DNA from: Chamaesiphon sp. | Lineage (GTDB): Bacteria; Cyanobacteriota; Cyanobacteriia; Cyanobacteriales; Chamaesiphonaceae | Assembly (NCBI GenBank): GCA_965246715.1 | Contig: CBDFFH010000015.1 | Location: 64,001-128,000, forward strand | DNA length: 64,000 nt | Direction: 5' to 3' | Shown here: one piece after another, positions 40,412 through 51,165 of the stretch | Layout of the letters: each line of letters starts with the position of its first letter | How positions within the stretch are numbered: the stretch's first letter is position 1 | Notes under the pieces: model-generated | Seen by the model: the letters and a program-made list of their open reading frames with translations, nothing else | What the model was told of the DNA's origin: nothing | Database searches by the model: none | Translations under genes and position numbers: made by a program

Positions 40412-42097
40412 TTAACGTTTGTCGCGGAAGCCTGAAATCCAGTCCCGGAGCTGTTCGGAAGCTACATCGCGACCGCCCAAACCGAAGGAAATCGCGATCG
40501 CGACGGCAATCGCCCCGAGGAGCAAGCCAAAAGCTAAGTTGACGATACTCGAAGCAATCCCCATTTGTTGGAGCGCCATCGCACCGACAAATGCGATGAT
40601 TGCCAACCGCGCGACTTGTCCGAGGATTTGTGATTGGTGGGTACCAGAGCTGCTAACGACTCTTTGAGCCAGATTTGCTAGATATAAACCGATCGCAAAT
40701 ACGACGATCCCAGCGAGTACCTGTCCGGCAATCAGCAGCAAAGCATTAACAAGATTAGTCAGCGAACCAATCCCTAATACGCCAGTAGCGGCTACTGCTG
40801 CTACCAGCATCACGCCCACTCGGGCGACTAATCCAGCGACTTCAGCAGGAGTCTGCTTGGTGCTAGCCGGAACGATCGAACTCCGAATATTCGCGGGATT
40901 GGTAGCATCGACTGGTGGAATCGGATCTGCCAGTGTCGATGCATGTAAGGTGTGAAGTCCCAGCGCCTGGAAGATATTATTAAATCCTAAGCCACTGAGT
41001 AAATTGGTAACTAGCTCACCAATAAACTGACTCACCACATAAGCAACAATTAAAATTCCTGCAGCGGTCAGGATTTGCGGGATCGCATTCAATACTTGTT
41101 GGAGCATTGAAGTCGCTGGTCCAGAAATTGCGGGAATCTGAAGTGCATCTAGGGCGGCTACCGCAGTGGGAATCAAGACCATGATATAAACGATCGTCCC
41201 GAGCAACCCTGAGAGCGATTGACCTGGTGCAGCTCTATTCAGACCAATTTTGGTAGCCAATCTCTCGGTGCCAGCCGCCGCAAGTAAGTTAGTGACCAAC
41301 TCTTTGATGATATTGGCAACAAACCAACCAACAAGACCGATCAGTCCTGCCTTAAAAATATTTGGTAGCGCGCTGAGGATCTCGTTTAACAGGTTTTGAA
41401 CGGGAGCTAACGGGCCAGTCAGATCGAGCACGCCCAGAATTAGTGGCAGGAAAAATAAGAATACAAACCAGTAGAGGGCGTTACCTAATGTTTCACTAGG
41501 TAAAACTTGATTTTCACCCACCGCTAACCGTCGAGACATTGCTGGCATCACCGATCCCGTCGTCCGGATGACAATTTCTCTAACAGCAGTAGCAATCAAC
41601 CAAGCAATACCTGCTAATACAGCCGCTGAAGCTAACTTCGGTACGAATGCAAAAATCTGGTTGAGGACGTTACTTAAAGGTAGCGCGGCACCAGTTAAGT
41701 TGAGTGCGTTGAGGAAGCCTAAGATCGCAAATAGAAAAATTAGCCAGAACACAATGTCTCCGACTAATTTTTCGGTATTCAATTGCGATCTCGGCCCAGA
41801 GATCATCCGCCCCAAGCGGTTATCTAAGTCGGTACGCTTGAGCAGATTGCGGACTACCGACGACACTACAGCTGCTACGATATAGCCGACAATTAAGGTG
41901 ACTAACCCACCAATCAAACTGGGCAAAAAAGCACCGACAGTGCCGCTGGTTTGCTTGACAAAATTTTCGACCCCAGTGGTTGAAAAATTTGTAGTGGTAG
42001 TTGTTACTGGTACTGTGGTCTGAGCGACTAACCAGTTACCAGTGATGAGTTGGTTCGTGCTGGGTAGCGCACTAATAAATTGCCAAGTTTCGTTCAT
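40412..42097 (-). CDS. CmpX-like / mechanosensitive-channel TM-helix repeat membrane protein
   Basis: Repeated F(L/V)P.L..A..I..IGW.IA units; C-terminal IVNLAFGLLLGAIAVAIAISFGLGGRD. Confidence 0.85.
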   Translation of the reverse strand: MNETWQFISALPSTNQLITGNWLVAQTTVPVTTTTTNFSTTGVENFVKQTSGTVGAFLPSLIGGLVTLIVGYIVAAVVSSVVRNLLKRTDLDNRLGRMISGPRSQLNTEKLVGDIVFWLIFLFAILGFLNALNLTGAALPLSNVLNQIFAFVPKLASAAVLAGIAWLIATAVREIVIRTTGSVMPAMSRRLAVGENQVLPSETLGNALYWFVFLFFLPLILGVLDLTGPLAPVQNLLNEILSALPNIFKAGLIGLVGWFVANIIKELVTNLLAAAGTERLATKIGLNRAAPGQSLSGLLGTIVYIMVLIPTAVAALDALQIPAISGPATSMLQQVLNAIPQILTAAGILIVAYVVSQFIGELVTNLLSGLGFNNIFQALGLHTLHASTLADPIPPVDATNPANIRSSIVPASTKQTPAEVAGLVARVGVMLVAAVAATGVLGIGSLTNLVNALLLIAGQVLAGIVVFAIGLYLANLAQRVVSSSGTHQSQILGQVARLAIIAFVGAMALQQMGIASSIVNLAFGLLLGAIAVAIAISFGLGGRDVASEQLRDWISGFRDKR

Positions 42098-42763
42098 ATC
42101 ATTGCCATGTAAATTGTGAATACTAGAGCGGACTGCGTGTAAGTCAGCAGAAACTAGCTTTGGGTATTGGCGATCGCTCGTCCGAAACAGGGAATATTAG
42201 GATTGCAACACCCACCATTTCCCCTGCCGCGATCGAGTGCGATAGCCGCCGGCGGCAGATGTAAATGGTATCCTCAAATTTGAGTTGGGTCGTACCAATA
42301 TCATCAGCTACGGCAGCATTCAATAATTCTCAGATTAAATATCCCGCTCGAAAAATTGTGTCGATAAATACAATTTTAAGTTAAGGTTTCGTTAAAATTT
42401 AATCGACTAGTTCGCTTGAAACAACTAAATTGGTATTGCAAATATGTAACAAAAGTACATATGAAGCAGATCCACGCCGATGCCATCGGGATTAATGTAT
42501 GAATATAGACATTTTCTACGTTCACCATCGATTAGTCACGATACAGAGGTAGCTTACCATGCTTCCTCAAAAATGGCATCCATCAGTTAACACAATCTGT
42601 GACATTGCAACAGTTCTCCCGTCACAAATCATCGATCGATCTTCAGACAATTATATTTATTAGATATAAAAAACGCTGGCTGTAGATCTACACAAAGATA
42701 GATTTAACCAGAGTTAAACTCAGCTTTGCAGTCAATTTTACCCTGATCGATCTGCTGCGCTAA

Positions 42764-43801
42764 TTAACTGCGTTGGCTCTGTTTAAAGAATTGATACATT
42801 TCTGGTAGCCGATTGACGATCGCCGCAGTTTTGAGCCAAAGTTTGTGGGAAACTGCGGGATAACCAGAGACGATTTCACCTGGTTCGACGTTACTATGAA
42901 TGCCTGTTTTTGAGGAGGCAATCGCGCGATCGCCGATCGTTACCTGATTAGCAACTCCGACCTGTCCAGCAAGTAATACGCCATTGCCCACCTTGACACC
43001 CCCAGCCAAGCCTACTTGCGCGGCGAGGGCACAATTAGATCCGATCGTCGTACCATGTCCGACATGTACTAAGTTATCTAACTTGGTGTCTTTACCGATC
43101 CGGGTTTCACCCATCGCCGGACGATCGACGGTACTGTTGCAGCCAATCTCGACTCCATCTTCTAAGACCGTATGACCGGCCTGTTCCATCTTGAACCAGC
43201 CAGTAGCTGTCGGCACGAAACCAAAGCCCTCTGCACCGATTACAGCGCCACTATGGATGACACAATCGGCACCGATCTGCGTCCGCTCGTGGATGGTACA
43301 GTTGGCATGAAGGATCGTGCGATCGCCGATGTGGACATCGGGATAAATGACAACATTGGGATGGATAACAGCACCATTTCCAATTTTTACACCAGCTTGA
43401 ATTACAACACGAGCGCCGATCGAAATGTTCGTTCCCAACTCGACCCCCGGTTCGACGATCGCACTAGGATGAATTCCCGTTAAGGGGACAAATGGTTGAT
43501 AAAATTGTTTTACGACCTTGGCCAGCAATAGTTTTGGTTCGCGTGCAGCAATCCAAGCAATCCCTCGTGCCTGCGCTCGCGCCTGAATCTCTGCATTCAT
43601 TGGCAATACTAAAGCACTGACGATTGTAGTGTCGACAAACTTCGCAAATTTATCACCTTCAATATAGCTAATCGTCCCAGCGGTGGCTGCATCGATCGGA
43701 GCCAAGCCAGTTAAGATCGGATCGAGATCGGCAGCTGTCTCCAAACTACTGGCTGTGACCGCCGACCCTAGTTTAGTTATCAGCTCGCTAAATTGCATCA
43801 T
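42764..43801 (-). CDS. lpxD: UDP-3-O-(3-hydroxymyristoyl)glucosamine N-acyltransferase
   Basis: Hexapeptide repeats, IHSGAVIGAEGFGF, TKLDNLVHVGHG. Confidence 0.95.
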   Translation of the reverse strand: MMQFSELITKLGSAVTASSLETAADLDPILTGLAPIDAATAGTISYIEGDKFAKFVDTTIVSALVLPMNAEIQARAQARGIAWIAAREPKLLLAKVVKQFYQPFVPLTGIHPSAIVEPGVELGTNISIGARVVIQAGVKIGNGAVIHPNVVIYPDVHIGDRTILHANCTIHERTQIGADCVIHSGAVIGAEGFGFVPTATGWFKMEQAGHTVLEDGVEIGCNSTVDRPAMGETRIGKDTKLDNLVHVGHGTTIGSNCALAAQVGLAGGVKVGNGVLLAGQVGVANQVTIGDRAIASSKTGIHSNVEPGEIVSGYPAVSHKLWLKTAAIVNRLPEMYQFFKQSQRS

Positions 43802-43828
43802 AAAAATTCGGGGATAGATATTACCTAA

Positions 43829-44017
43829 ATGTCAGACCAAGTTGGACTATTACTCAAAATGTTATTACCATCTGTGGCAATCTCGATCGCCATCCACTAC
43901 TTTAGTCCCACTCAGACACCAGTCCCGAACGACTCAATCGTGCTCGTCGCCGTCTTATTACCCTCGGTAACGATCGGAATCGCCTTATTGACTCGGGCCA
44001 AGGCGCTCGGTGAATAA
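43829..44017 (+). CDS. Small two-TM hypothetical membrane protein
   Basis: 62 aa, two hydrophobic segments. Confidence 0.55.
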   Translation: MSDQVGLLLKMLLPSVAISIAIHYFSPTQTPVPNDSIVLVAVLLPSVTIGIALLTRAKALGE

Positions 44018-44080
44018 CAATACTACTTATCGTAATATCAGGCGATCGGCAAAAAAAGATGAAACGCTTACAGCATCAGC

Positions 44081-44112
44081 ATTCATAATTCATAATTCAT
44101 AATTCATAATTC
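44081..44112. repeat. Heptamer tandem repeat (ATTCATA) x4.5
   Basis: attcataattcataattcataattcataattc. Confidence 0.85.
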
Positions 44113-44175
44113 GGCAGAGCGGACGATTTATGGGATTATAGATCGCAATCCTGATAAAATAATTTAATTTAGACT

Positions 44176-44901
44176 GTGCGTAAAGTTATTATTGCTGGTA
44201 ATTGGAAGATGTATAAAACTCAAGGTGAAGCCGCTGAGTTTTTGATGGAATTTATTCCCCAAATTGATGAGGCACCAGAATCGCGCGAAGTGGTTTTATG
44301 TGTGCCGTTTACCGACCTTGGGATTGTGAATAAAAGTCTACATGGCAACCGGATCCGGCTCGGCGCGCAAAATGTCCACTGGGAGAATGAGGGAGCCTAT
44401 ACTGGTGAAATTTCTGCCAATATGCTGACAGAAATGGGTGTTAGATATGTCATCGTCGGTCATAGCGAACGCCGTCAATTTTTTGGTGAAACTGACGAAA
44501 CCGTAAATTTACGACTCAAAGCAGCCCAACAGAGTGGATTGATTCCGATCCTCTGCGTCGGCGAAACCAAACAACAACGCGATGCTGGGGAAACAGAGCG
44601 AATTATCTTCAGTCAATTACAAAAAAACTTAATCGACATCGACCTAAATCGGCTGGTAATCGCTTACGAACCGATTTGGGCGATCGGTACTGGTGAGACT
44701 TGCGAAGTAGCAGAAGCCAATCGCGTGATTAAGGCGATCCGCAGCCAGTTGACAAATCCTCATGTCTCGATTCAATACGGCGGTTCGGTGAAGCCGAGTA
44801 ATATCGATGAAATCATGGCTCAGTCAGAGATTGATGGTGTCTTAGTTGGCGGTGCGAGTTTGGCTGCTACAGACTTTGCGCGAATCGTTAACTACAATTA
44901 A
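44176..44901 (+). CDS. tpiA: Triosephosphate isomerase
   Basis: [44 protein letters not shown]. Confidence 0.97.
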   Translation: MRKVIIAGNWKMYKTQGEAAEFLMEFIPQIDEAPESREVVLCVPFTDLGIVNKSLHGNRIRLGAQNVHWENEGAYTGEISANMLTEMGVRYVIVGHSERRQFFGETDETVNLRLKAAQQSGLIPILCVGETKQQRDAGETERIIFSQLQKNLIDIDLNRLVIAYEPIWAIGTGETCEVAEANRVIKAIRSQLTNPHVSIQYGGSVKPSNIDEIMAQSEIDGVLVGGASLAATDFARIVNYN

Positions 44902-45083
44902 TCTAGTAGGTAGATTGCCGATCGATCTACTCAAAAAAGACCCCGATCTATCCCTTCCGATCTATAAAAATTAGCGCTGAGTTGGAAGGGAGTAATCGAT
45001 CGAAAATATCATTAACATATCTGCCCCGAAGGTGGTACGATCGGGTAAAATAACTCAGCGTTAAATTAAAAACGAAAGGGCAA

Positions 45084-45995
45084 ATGCCTGAAAAAGCCAT
45101 AAATACGAGAAATGCCACGGGCTTTCTGCTGATTCTCTTACCAGCAGCACTGGCGATGTCCGCGCTATTTATAGCGTGGCCATTTATATTGGGACTAACT
45201 GTACTAGTTGCTGGTGGAAATATCTGGCAAAATTACGAATGGTCGAAGACCGCTCGCTCGATCGATCCATCTTTTCAACAACTAATCGTCCAAAATCGCG
45301 GTGAAATCACGCCGATCGATCTTTCACTCAAAGCAAATATTCCTGGCAAGACAGCCACGCGTTATTTAGTTACCAAAGCGGATGAATTTGGCACTGGTAG
45401 CCGCCAACATCCCGATCGAGGTCAAGTTTTTTACTTTATTTCAGTTAGTACACTTGGCAATATTTTTGACGATAGCGAACGGCAAGAAGCCCCCGCAGCA
45501 ATTATGCCTGCTACTGCTCCAGTCGTCGCTGTTCCAGTAGCAGTCAGAGAACCAGTACTAACAGAATTAGTCGCACCACCGATAGTTCCGGAAGTTGCGC
45601 TAATGCACCAACCTGAAACAGTCACACCGATCGTTTCTGAAGTTGCCCCAACGCACCAAACTACCGAACAGCACACACCTCAATCAGAAATCCAAGTAGC
45701 TCAACAACCTACTTCCGATCTGAGCAATCTAGCTCGATTGTTAGACGAGCAACCAGTTGCCACTAATGTCGAATCGGCAACCGCAGCCGTGCCAACTAAC
45801 GTACCGTCAGTAAATTTACCATTAGTGACGATCCTCCAATCCGAACTAGCAAAACGCCTGGACGTACACTCTAGTACGATCTATAAGCGCCGGAGCGAAC
45901 CAACTTTTACCGACTGGACGCGCAATCGCGATCCTGAGGGACTTGCTTGGGGGTATGAAGACTCAAGTAAGGAATATTATCGAGTAAATACTTAA
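45084..45995 (+). CDS. Hypothetical membrane-anchored protein with Pro/Thr-rich linker and C-terminal HTH-like domain
   Basis: N-terminal TM hairpin; C-terminal QSELAKRLDVHSSTIYKRR...WTR.RDPEG.AW. Confidence 0.7.
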   Translation: MPEKAINTRNATGFLLILLPAALAMSALFIAWPFILGLTVLVAGGNIWQNYEWSKTARSIDPSFQQLIVQNRGEITPIDLSLKANIPGKTATRYLVTKADEFGTGSRQHPDRGQVFYFISVSTLGNIFDDSERQEAPAAIMPATAPVVAVPVAVREPVLTELVAPPIVPEVALMHQPETVTPIVSEVAPTHQTTEQHTPQSEIQVAQQPTSDLSNLARLLDEQPVATNVESATAAVPTNVPSVNLPLVTILQSELAKRLDVHSSTIYKRRSEPTFTDWTRNRDPEGLAWGYEDSSKEYYRVNT

Positions 45996-46275
45996 TCGAG
46001 TTCGAACCTTAAATTTATTAGATTGAAAATCTGTAATGTATGCGAAACATTGCAGATTTTTTATTGTGTTAAATGTCAAGGGGATCGATAGGGTTCTACC
46101 GAGCTTTTGGTGAAAGTGGACGATTCCCCAGGGGAGAGGTTTCACCAACGAGCGATTCTATAGAAAAAATGAGGCTATCAGTAACATGACAATATGACCA
46201 CACAATTTCTCCCATGCCTACTCCCTGGTTTCAACATGCTGCGGTTGGAACACGAGGCAATTGACACTATGGCAA

Positions 46276-47709
46276 TTACTGTCCTTGCATTTTCAGCACC
46301 ACTGAGAAAGTCCGCAACAAGATCTTCAGATCCAACCATGGCGACCAATGCTTAAGATAGTAAAGGTCGTATTGAAGCTTGATCAGCGCATCTTCAACGG
46401 TACTACCATAACCATAATTAATCTGCGCCCATCCAGTCAGTCCGGGTTTAGCCGCCAACCGCGTCCGATAGAAGGGAATTTCTTTTTGCAATTCTTTGAT
46501 AAATTGGTAGCGTTCGGGGCGAGGCCCTACCATACTCATTTCGCCACGGAGTACGTTTAGGACTTGGGGTAACTCATCTAACCGAGTTTTGCGGATAAAA
46601 TAACCAACCTTGGTAATCCTGGCATCGCCTTTAACCGCCCACTGCGCTTTACCATTGCGTTCGGCATTTTGCACCATCGATCGAAACTTATAGACAGTAA
46701 ATTTTGCGCCATACTGTCCGACACGTTCCTGTTTGTAAAAGATCGGCCCAGGACTGTCGAGTTTGATGGCTAGCGCCACAACCGGGAACACAGCTAACAA
46801 GATTGCCCCAATAATCGTGCCGCACACTAAATCCAATAATCGCTTACCGATCCGATTGAAGGTATCGAAAGGATTTTTCCGCAGCGGGAGCGCGGAATAC
46901 CACTGGCTGCCGATATGCTCTACGGCGACTTTACCCGTGAGTTTTTCATAAAGAACGGGCATCGTCGTGACGACTACTCCCAGTTCATGACAATTAGTTA
47001 GTAGTTGAAGTAAATCGTTATCGATGGGATTACTGATAGCCAGAACGATTTCATCGATGTTGCGACGATCGATTTCGGATAGTAAGGTGTGACGATCTCC
47101 TAAAACTGTCACGCCATCTGGACTTTTACCCTGCAATTGGGGATTGTCATCGATAAATCCGATCGCCTGATAGTGTGGATGCTGCCTGAACACGCCTGCT
47201 AAAATCGCTCCTGTGACACCCGCGCCCACAATTAATACCTGCCGTTTGGCATGACCGACACCTAAGAAAATCGCATAAATCGATCTCCAAATCGATAATA
47301 GGAGGGTTGTCGTCGCGATCGCTAATACCGGTGCGAGTCGCAGTGAGAATAATTCTTCATTCAGTGCTGCTGGAGCTGTAATAAAATAGTAAATTAAATA
47401 GATTGCACTTGCTGTCGCACAGCCCAAAAATATTCTGTGGAGCGTGCGCTTGAGCCGTACCGCAATTCGCAGGTCGTAGAGATCGTTAATAAACATCCAG
47501 ATCAGCCACCCGACTCCCATTGCCACGATCCACAACGAATGGTAGGTTAATAGCTCCCAAGTAAATGCTTTGTTTGCTAAATGAGTCCAGTACCATAGAG
47601 ATGAAATAATCCCACTGGCGATTAGAGCAATATCACCGATCGAAAGTAGTAATTTACGTTCGGAAAATTCCAAGGGGAGTTTTACTTCTGGAAATAAATA
47701 CGCAAGCAT
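46276..47709 (-). CDS. Priming polyprenyl-phosphate glycosylphosphotransferase (WcaJ/WbaP family)
   Basis: KRLLDL, IKLDSPGPIFYKQERVG, KFRSM, RLDELPQ.LNVLRGEMS.VGPRPE, KPGLTGWAQ. Confidence 0.94.
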   Translation of the reverse strand: MLAYLFPEVKLPLEFSERKLLLSIGDIALIASGIISSLWYWTHLANKAFTWELLTYHSLWIVAMGVGWLIWMFINDLYDLRIAVRLKRTLHRIFLGCATASAIYLIYYFITAPAALNEELFSLRLAPVLAIATTTLLLSIWRSIYAIFLGVGHAKRQVLIVGAGVTGAILAGVFRQHPHYQAIGFIDDNPQLQGKSPDGVTVLGDRHTLLSEIDRRNIDEIVLAISNPIDNDLLQLLTNCHELGVVVTTMPVLYEKLTGKVAVEHIGSQWYSALPLRKNPFDTFNRIGKRLLDLVCGTIIGAILLAVFPVVALAIKLDSPGPIFYKQERVGQYGAKFTVYKFRSMVQNAERNGKAQWAVKGDARITKVGYFIRKTRLDELPQVLNVLRGEMSMVGPRPERYQFIKELQKEIPFYRTRLAAKPGLTGWAQINYGYGSTVEDALIKLQYDLYYLKHWSPWLDLKILLRTFSVVLKMQGQ

Positions 47710-48468
47710 TGGCAGATCTATAAAAGTATGTGGCTAAAAATTTTTAGGTCAGTTATTTTCGACTCAGACCCACCTCAGAAAAATAACAGTAACTCTTGCT
47801 ATTGACTAACTTCTGAACTGATACTTTAGTGTCTTAGTCCAGTGGTGTACCTGGAGCTTACACTCTATTGTATGCGGTGGCCACCGTATATTAATATACC
47901 CCCAACTACCTTTTGCTCGGTTTACTAGTCTAACATTGATGACTAAAGTGAGAATTTTGAGATATGAAAGGTATAAAATTTATACACTGGAGAAATTTCG
48001 TTAATAAACCTCTATGACTGCCCATGATACGGGATGAATTTTCATGAAGAATCCGCTAATTAACTTAACTGTCAGGGACAAATAGCTGAGTGGTTTATCC
48101 CCGCTCGATCGAAGAGCGTAATATCCAAATTATTGCCAAAAAATATTGACATTCTCCAGATGTATTTAATAAAATGTGACTGTGATAGACGATGTATATA
48201 CGGGTAATGAAATTATTTTTATCTATCTAATATATATCCTCATGACTACAGACTCGATCGAGTCCACATCACAGCTAAATCGACACAACGTCTACTCCGA
48301 AACAGCCAGATACCGAACTGGATTATGGAGACATTAAATATATTATCGAATATCCATGCTGCCGATCGTAATTAACTTGACAAGATGACGAGCATTAGGC
48401 AAACCAGGTTATTAAGGGCGCTAGGTAGTCTCGCCATATTTTGGGATATCTATCAGGAGTCAAATAGG

Positions 48469-48539
48469 TTAAATTTGTTACGCGCTCGAAATCAGTCAAA
48501 TAGCGCAAGTCGATCTATTTTGTCATAACACTACTTACT
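48469..48539 (+). promoter_or_regulatory. Duplicated leader element, copy 1
   Basis: 56/71 ungapped identity (manual count) to 50986-51056, ending in identical AACACTACTTACT. Confidence 0.6.
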
Positions 48540-48735
48540 ATCAGTCTAGCTCTTGTTTATGAGGTTTGAGATTAATGGGCAACAATAATACTTTATATGC
48601 CGCTTGACGAAATTCATTCGATCGTTCACCATTCATTTAGGGAGTAAATAAGTTTCTATTTAGCTCAATAGTGGCTCAAGGTATTCTTTTGCTACAATAT
48701 TCTCTTTTTTAGTCTGAACTTCAGCTTAAGTCCTT

Positions 48736-50742
48736 ATGCTCCCAAAAACGTATTCATTTGATATTTTTGATACTTGCTTAGTTCGAGCTTGGGCTAGACC
48801 AACAGATCTACTATGGGAATTAGGTTGTCAATTACAGCAAGAAAATCTAATTAGAATTTCTCCAGATGAGTGGCAAAAGCTGCGAATAGAAACCGAAAAA
48901 TTGACTAGAAAGTCAGTTTTACATGGCGAGATAACGATGGTCGAAATCTATCAACAACTTGGATATTTGTTGGGATGGTCGGTCGAAGAAACAAATTATG
49001 TTTTGCAAAAAGAGTTCAGCCTAGAGCGACAAAGTTTATATCCAGTCCCAGCTATTTGTAAGAAGATTCAAGAGCTTCGATCTAAAGGGCATAAAATTTT
49101 TTACATATCTGATATGTATCTCCTTGAAGAGCAAATTCATCAATTATTAATAGACAATAATATTTGGCATCATCAGGATAGACTATATGTCTCATCTCAC
49201 TGGAAAGCGAGCAAAGCAACAGGGAAATTATTCGCTCTTTGTCTGCAACAAGAAAGTATAGAACCATCGCAAATCAATCATATGGGTGATAACTACCGTT
49301 CTGACGTTTTAATGCCTAAAAAGCTTGGGATTCGATCTGAATTTTTCAATCGAACACATCTCAATCGCTACGAACGGAAACTGGCCGATACTGGTTTAGT
49401 AACAAATAGGTTCCGATCTTTACTTGCGGGGACAAGTAGACTAACTCGATTGTCAGATCCAGACCTCGATCCAGATCGAAAAACTATTTGGGACACTTCG
49501 GCTAATGTTGTAGGACCAGTGTTATTTGGATACGTACATTGGTGCATACAGGAAGCTCAAAAGAGTAATATTCAAAGGCTATATTTCGTAGCTAGAGACG
49601 GACAAATTTTACATAAAATAGCCCAGATTATCTGTAAAAGCTGGGGCTACGATATCGATTGTCGATATCTGTATGGTTCTCGTCAAGCTTGGCACTTTCC
49701 AGCAATTTTACAGGTTGGAGAAACAGAACTAGAGTGGATTTTCGACCCAACTCAATTCTTATCGGTAAGATCTGTTTGTGAGCGAGTTAACCTGACACCC
49801 GATCTCATCGACGCTACTCTACAACAGTTTGAATTTCATGAGTCAATGTGGAATGAGAATTTGACAGCTGACAAAAGAATGATGCTCAAACAGGTATTTA
49901 GTACGCCGCAAGTTGTAGATTTAATCGTTAGTACTGCCGAGACTTATCGAAGAAAAGCGATTGCTTATTTCCTTCAAGAGGGAATGGGCGACTCAATTCA
50001 ATTTGCAATTGTCGATATTGGTTGGCATGGTAGATTACAGCGCTCACTTAGTAAACTACTGACCATCGGAGATTTATATCCTCAATCTGGATTGGTAGGT
50101 TTCTACTTCGGTATTTCAAAACGGATGCAAGAGTGTTCGACCGACCGATTATATGCATATTTCTCCGATCCTGACTTACCGACTAGTCGGGATGCTTTAT
50201 GTAAATTTCGGGAATTACTAGAACTGTTCATGACTGCCGATCACGGTGGAACGATGAAATTCGATCTCCTTAATGGGAAATTTTCTCCAGTGCTACGATA
50301 CGAGCAAAATCATAACGCGATCGACTGGGGACTATTAATCCAGCAACAAGCAATTTGTGAATTTTCTCGACAGTTTACCCAGCAACTAAAACCTAAAGAA
50401 TCGATCGATGCAGATTATTTATTAGTTTCTGAGATATTACTCCGTGAATTTATCTATCATCCATCCTTTAACGAATCAGAAGCATATGGCTCATTTCTAT
50501 TTGCTGAAGATCAAGCAGAAAATATTTTGTACGAGCTTGCTCCAGCTCATCAATTAAAAGACTGTTTCAATCTGATTATTAAAGGTGAGAAGATTCATCA
50601 AAACATCTGGTTTCCTGCTAGTAGAAATCGGAGTAGTAAGCTCGTTCGTCTACTGTTAAATCGAAATATTCTGGTTGTTGTGTTTGTACTCATAGCTATA
50701 AAACGCAGACTCAAAAAATATTTTGTAAAAAATACTAACTGA
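48736..50742 (+). CDS. HAD phosphatase + phosphoribosyltransferase-like two-domain protein (probable ribofuranosyltransferase)
   Basis: SFDIFDT, ISDMY, K, HMGDN..SD (HAD motifs); C-terminal FVARDG, SR, IVDIGWHGRLQ; located in glycan cluster. Confidence 0.75.
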   Translation: MLPKTYSFDIFDTCLVRAWARPTDLLWELGCQLQQENLIRISPDEWQKLRIETEKLTRKSVLHGEITMVEIYQQLGYLLGWSVEETNYVLQKEFSLERQSLYPVPAICKKIQELRSKGHKIFYISDMYLLEEQIHQLLIDNNIWHHQDRLYVSSHWKASKATGKLFALCLQQESIEPSQINHMGDNYRSDVLMPKKLGIRSEFFNRTHLNRYERKLADTGLVTNRFRSLLAGTSRLTRLSDPDLDPDRKTIWDTSANVVGPVLFGYVHWCIQEAQKSNIQRLYFVARDGQILHKIAQIICKSWGYDIDCRYLYGSRQAWHFPAILQVGETELEWIFDPTQFLSVRSVCERVNLTPDLIDATLQQFEFHESMWNENLTADKRMMLKQVFSTPQVVDLIVSTAETYRRKAIAYFLQEGMGDSIQFAIVDIGWHGRLQRSLSKLLTIGDLYPQSGLVGFYFGISKRMQECSTDRLYAYFSDPDLPTSRDALCKFRELLELFMTADHGGTMKFDLLNGKFSPVLRYEQNHNAIDWGLLIQQQAICEFSRQFTQQLKPKESIDADYLLVSEILLREFIYHPSFNESEAYGSFLFAEDQAENILYELAPAHQLKDCFNLIIKGEKIHQNIWFPASRNRSSKLVRLLLNRNILVVVFVLIAIKRRLKKYFVKNTN

Positions 50743-50985
50743 TAACAAATATTGATAAATATAGAGGCCATAGCGGAATTTTCTAGAACCTCCCAACGTG
50801 TAGAATCGATCGCTTCATAGGATGCTTTCTTACTACAGCTACCGGATAATTCGCCTGGAATCTTCAATAGGACAGAATATAAACAACCTAAGCCCGATTG
50901 GGTACTATAGATTGAGGGTGCAGATCTGCTGAAGGCGAGCTGGTAGTCTGACTAGTTTTTGTTGCCTTAATCGTGTTTCAACATC

Positions 50986-51056
50986 TTAAATTAGCTACAC
51001 GCTCAAACTCGCTCTAATAGCTCAAATTCATCTGTTTTGTTACAACACTACTTACT
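50986..51056 (+). promoter_or_regulatory. Duplicated leader element, copy 2
   Basis: See 48469-48539; lies ~110 nt upstream of the flippase start. Confidence 0.6.
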
Positions 51057-51165
51057 GACGGCAAAGCTTTGTGGTTATCCTTGATAGAGGTAAGATATTT
51101 TTAAACAAAATTTCTGGTTAAGAGCTTGCAGGATATCCGTGGTTAGATGTCGTATTTAAAGATAG

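Noticed and set aside
42098..42763. Possible ncRNA or riboswitch in the 666-bp intergenic region
   Set aside because: No recognisable consensus or convincing conserved structure by eye; would need an Rfam search
48712..48721. GTCTGAACTT shortly before the start of both the HAD-PRTase gene and the 58765-59814 GT
   Set aside because: Only a 10-mer in two places; could be chance
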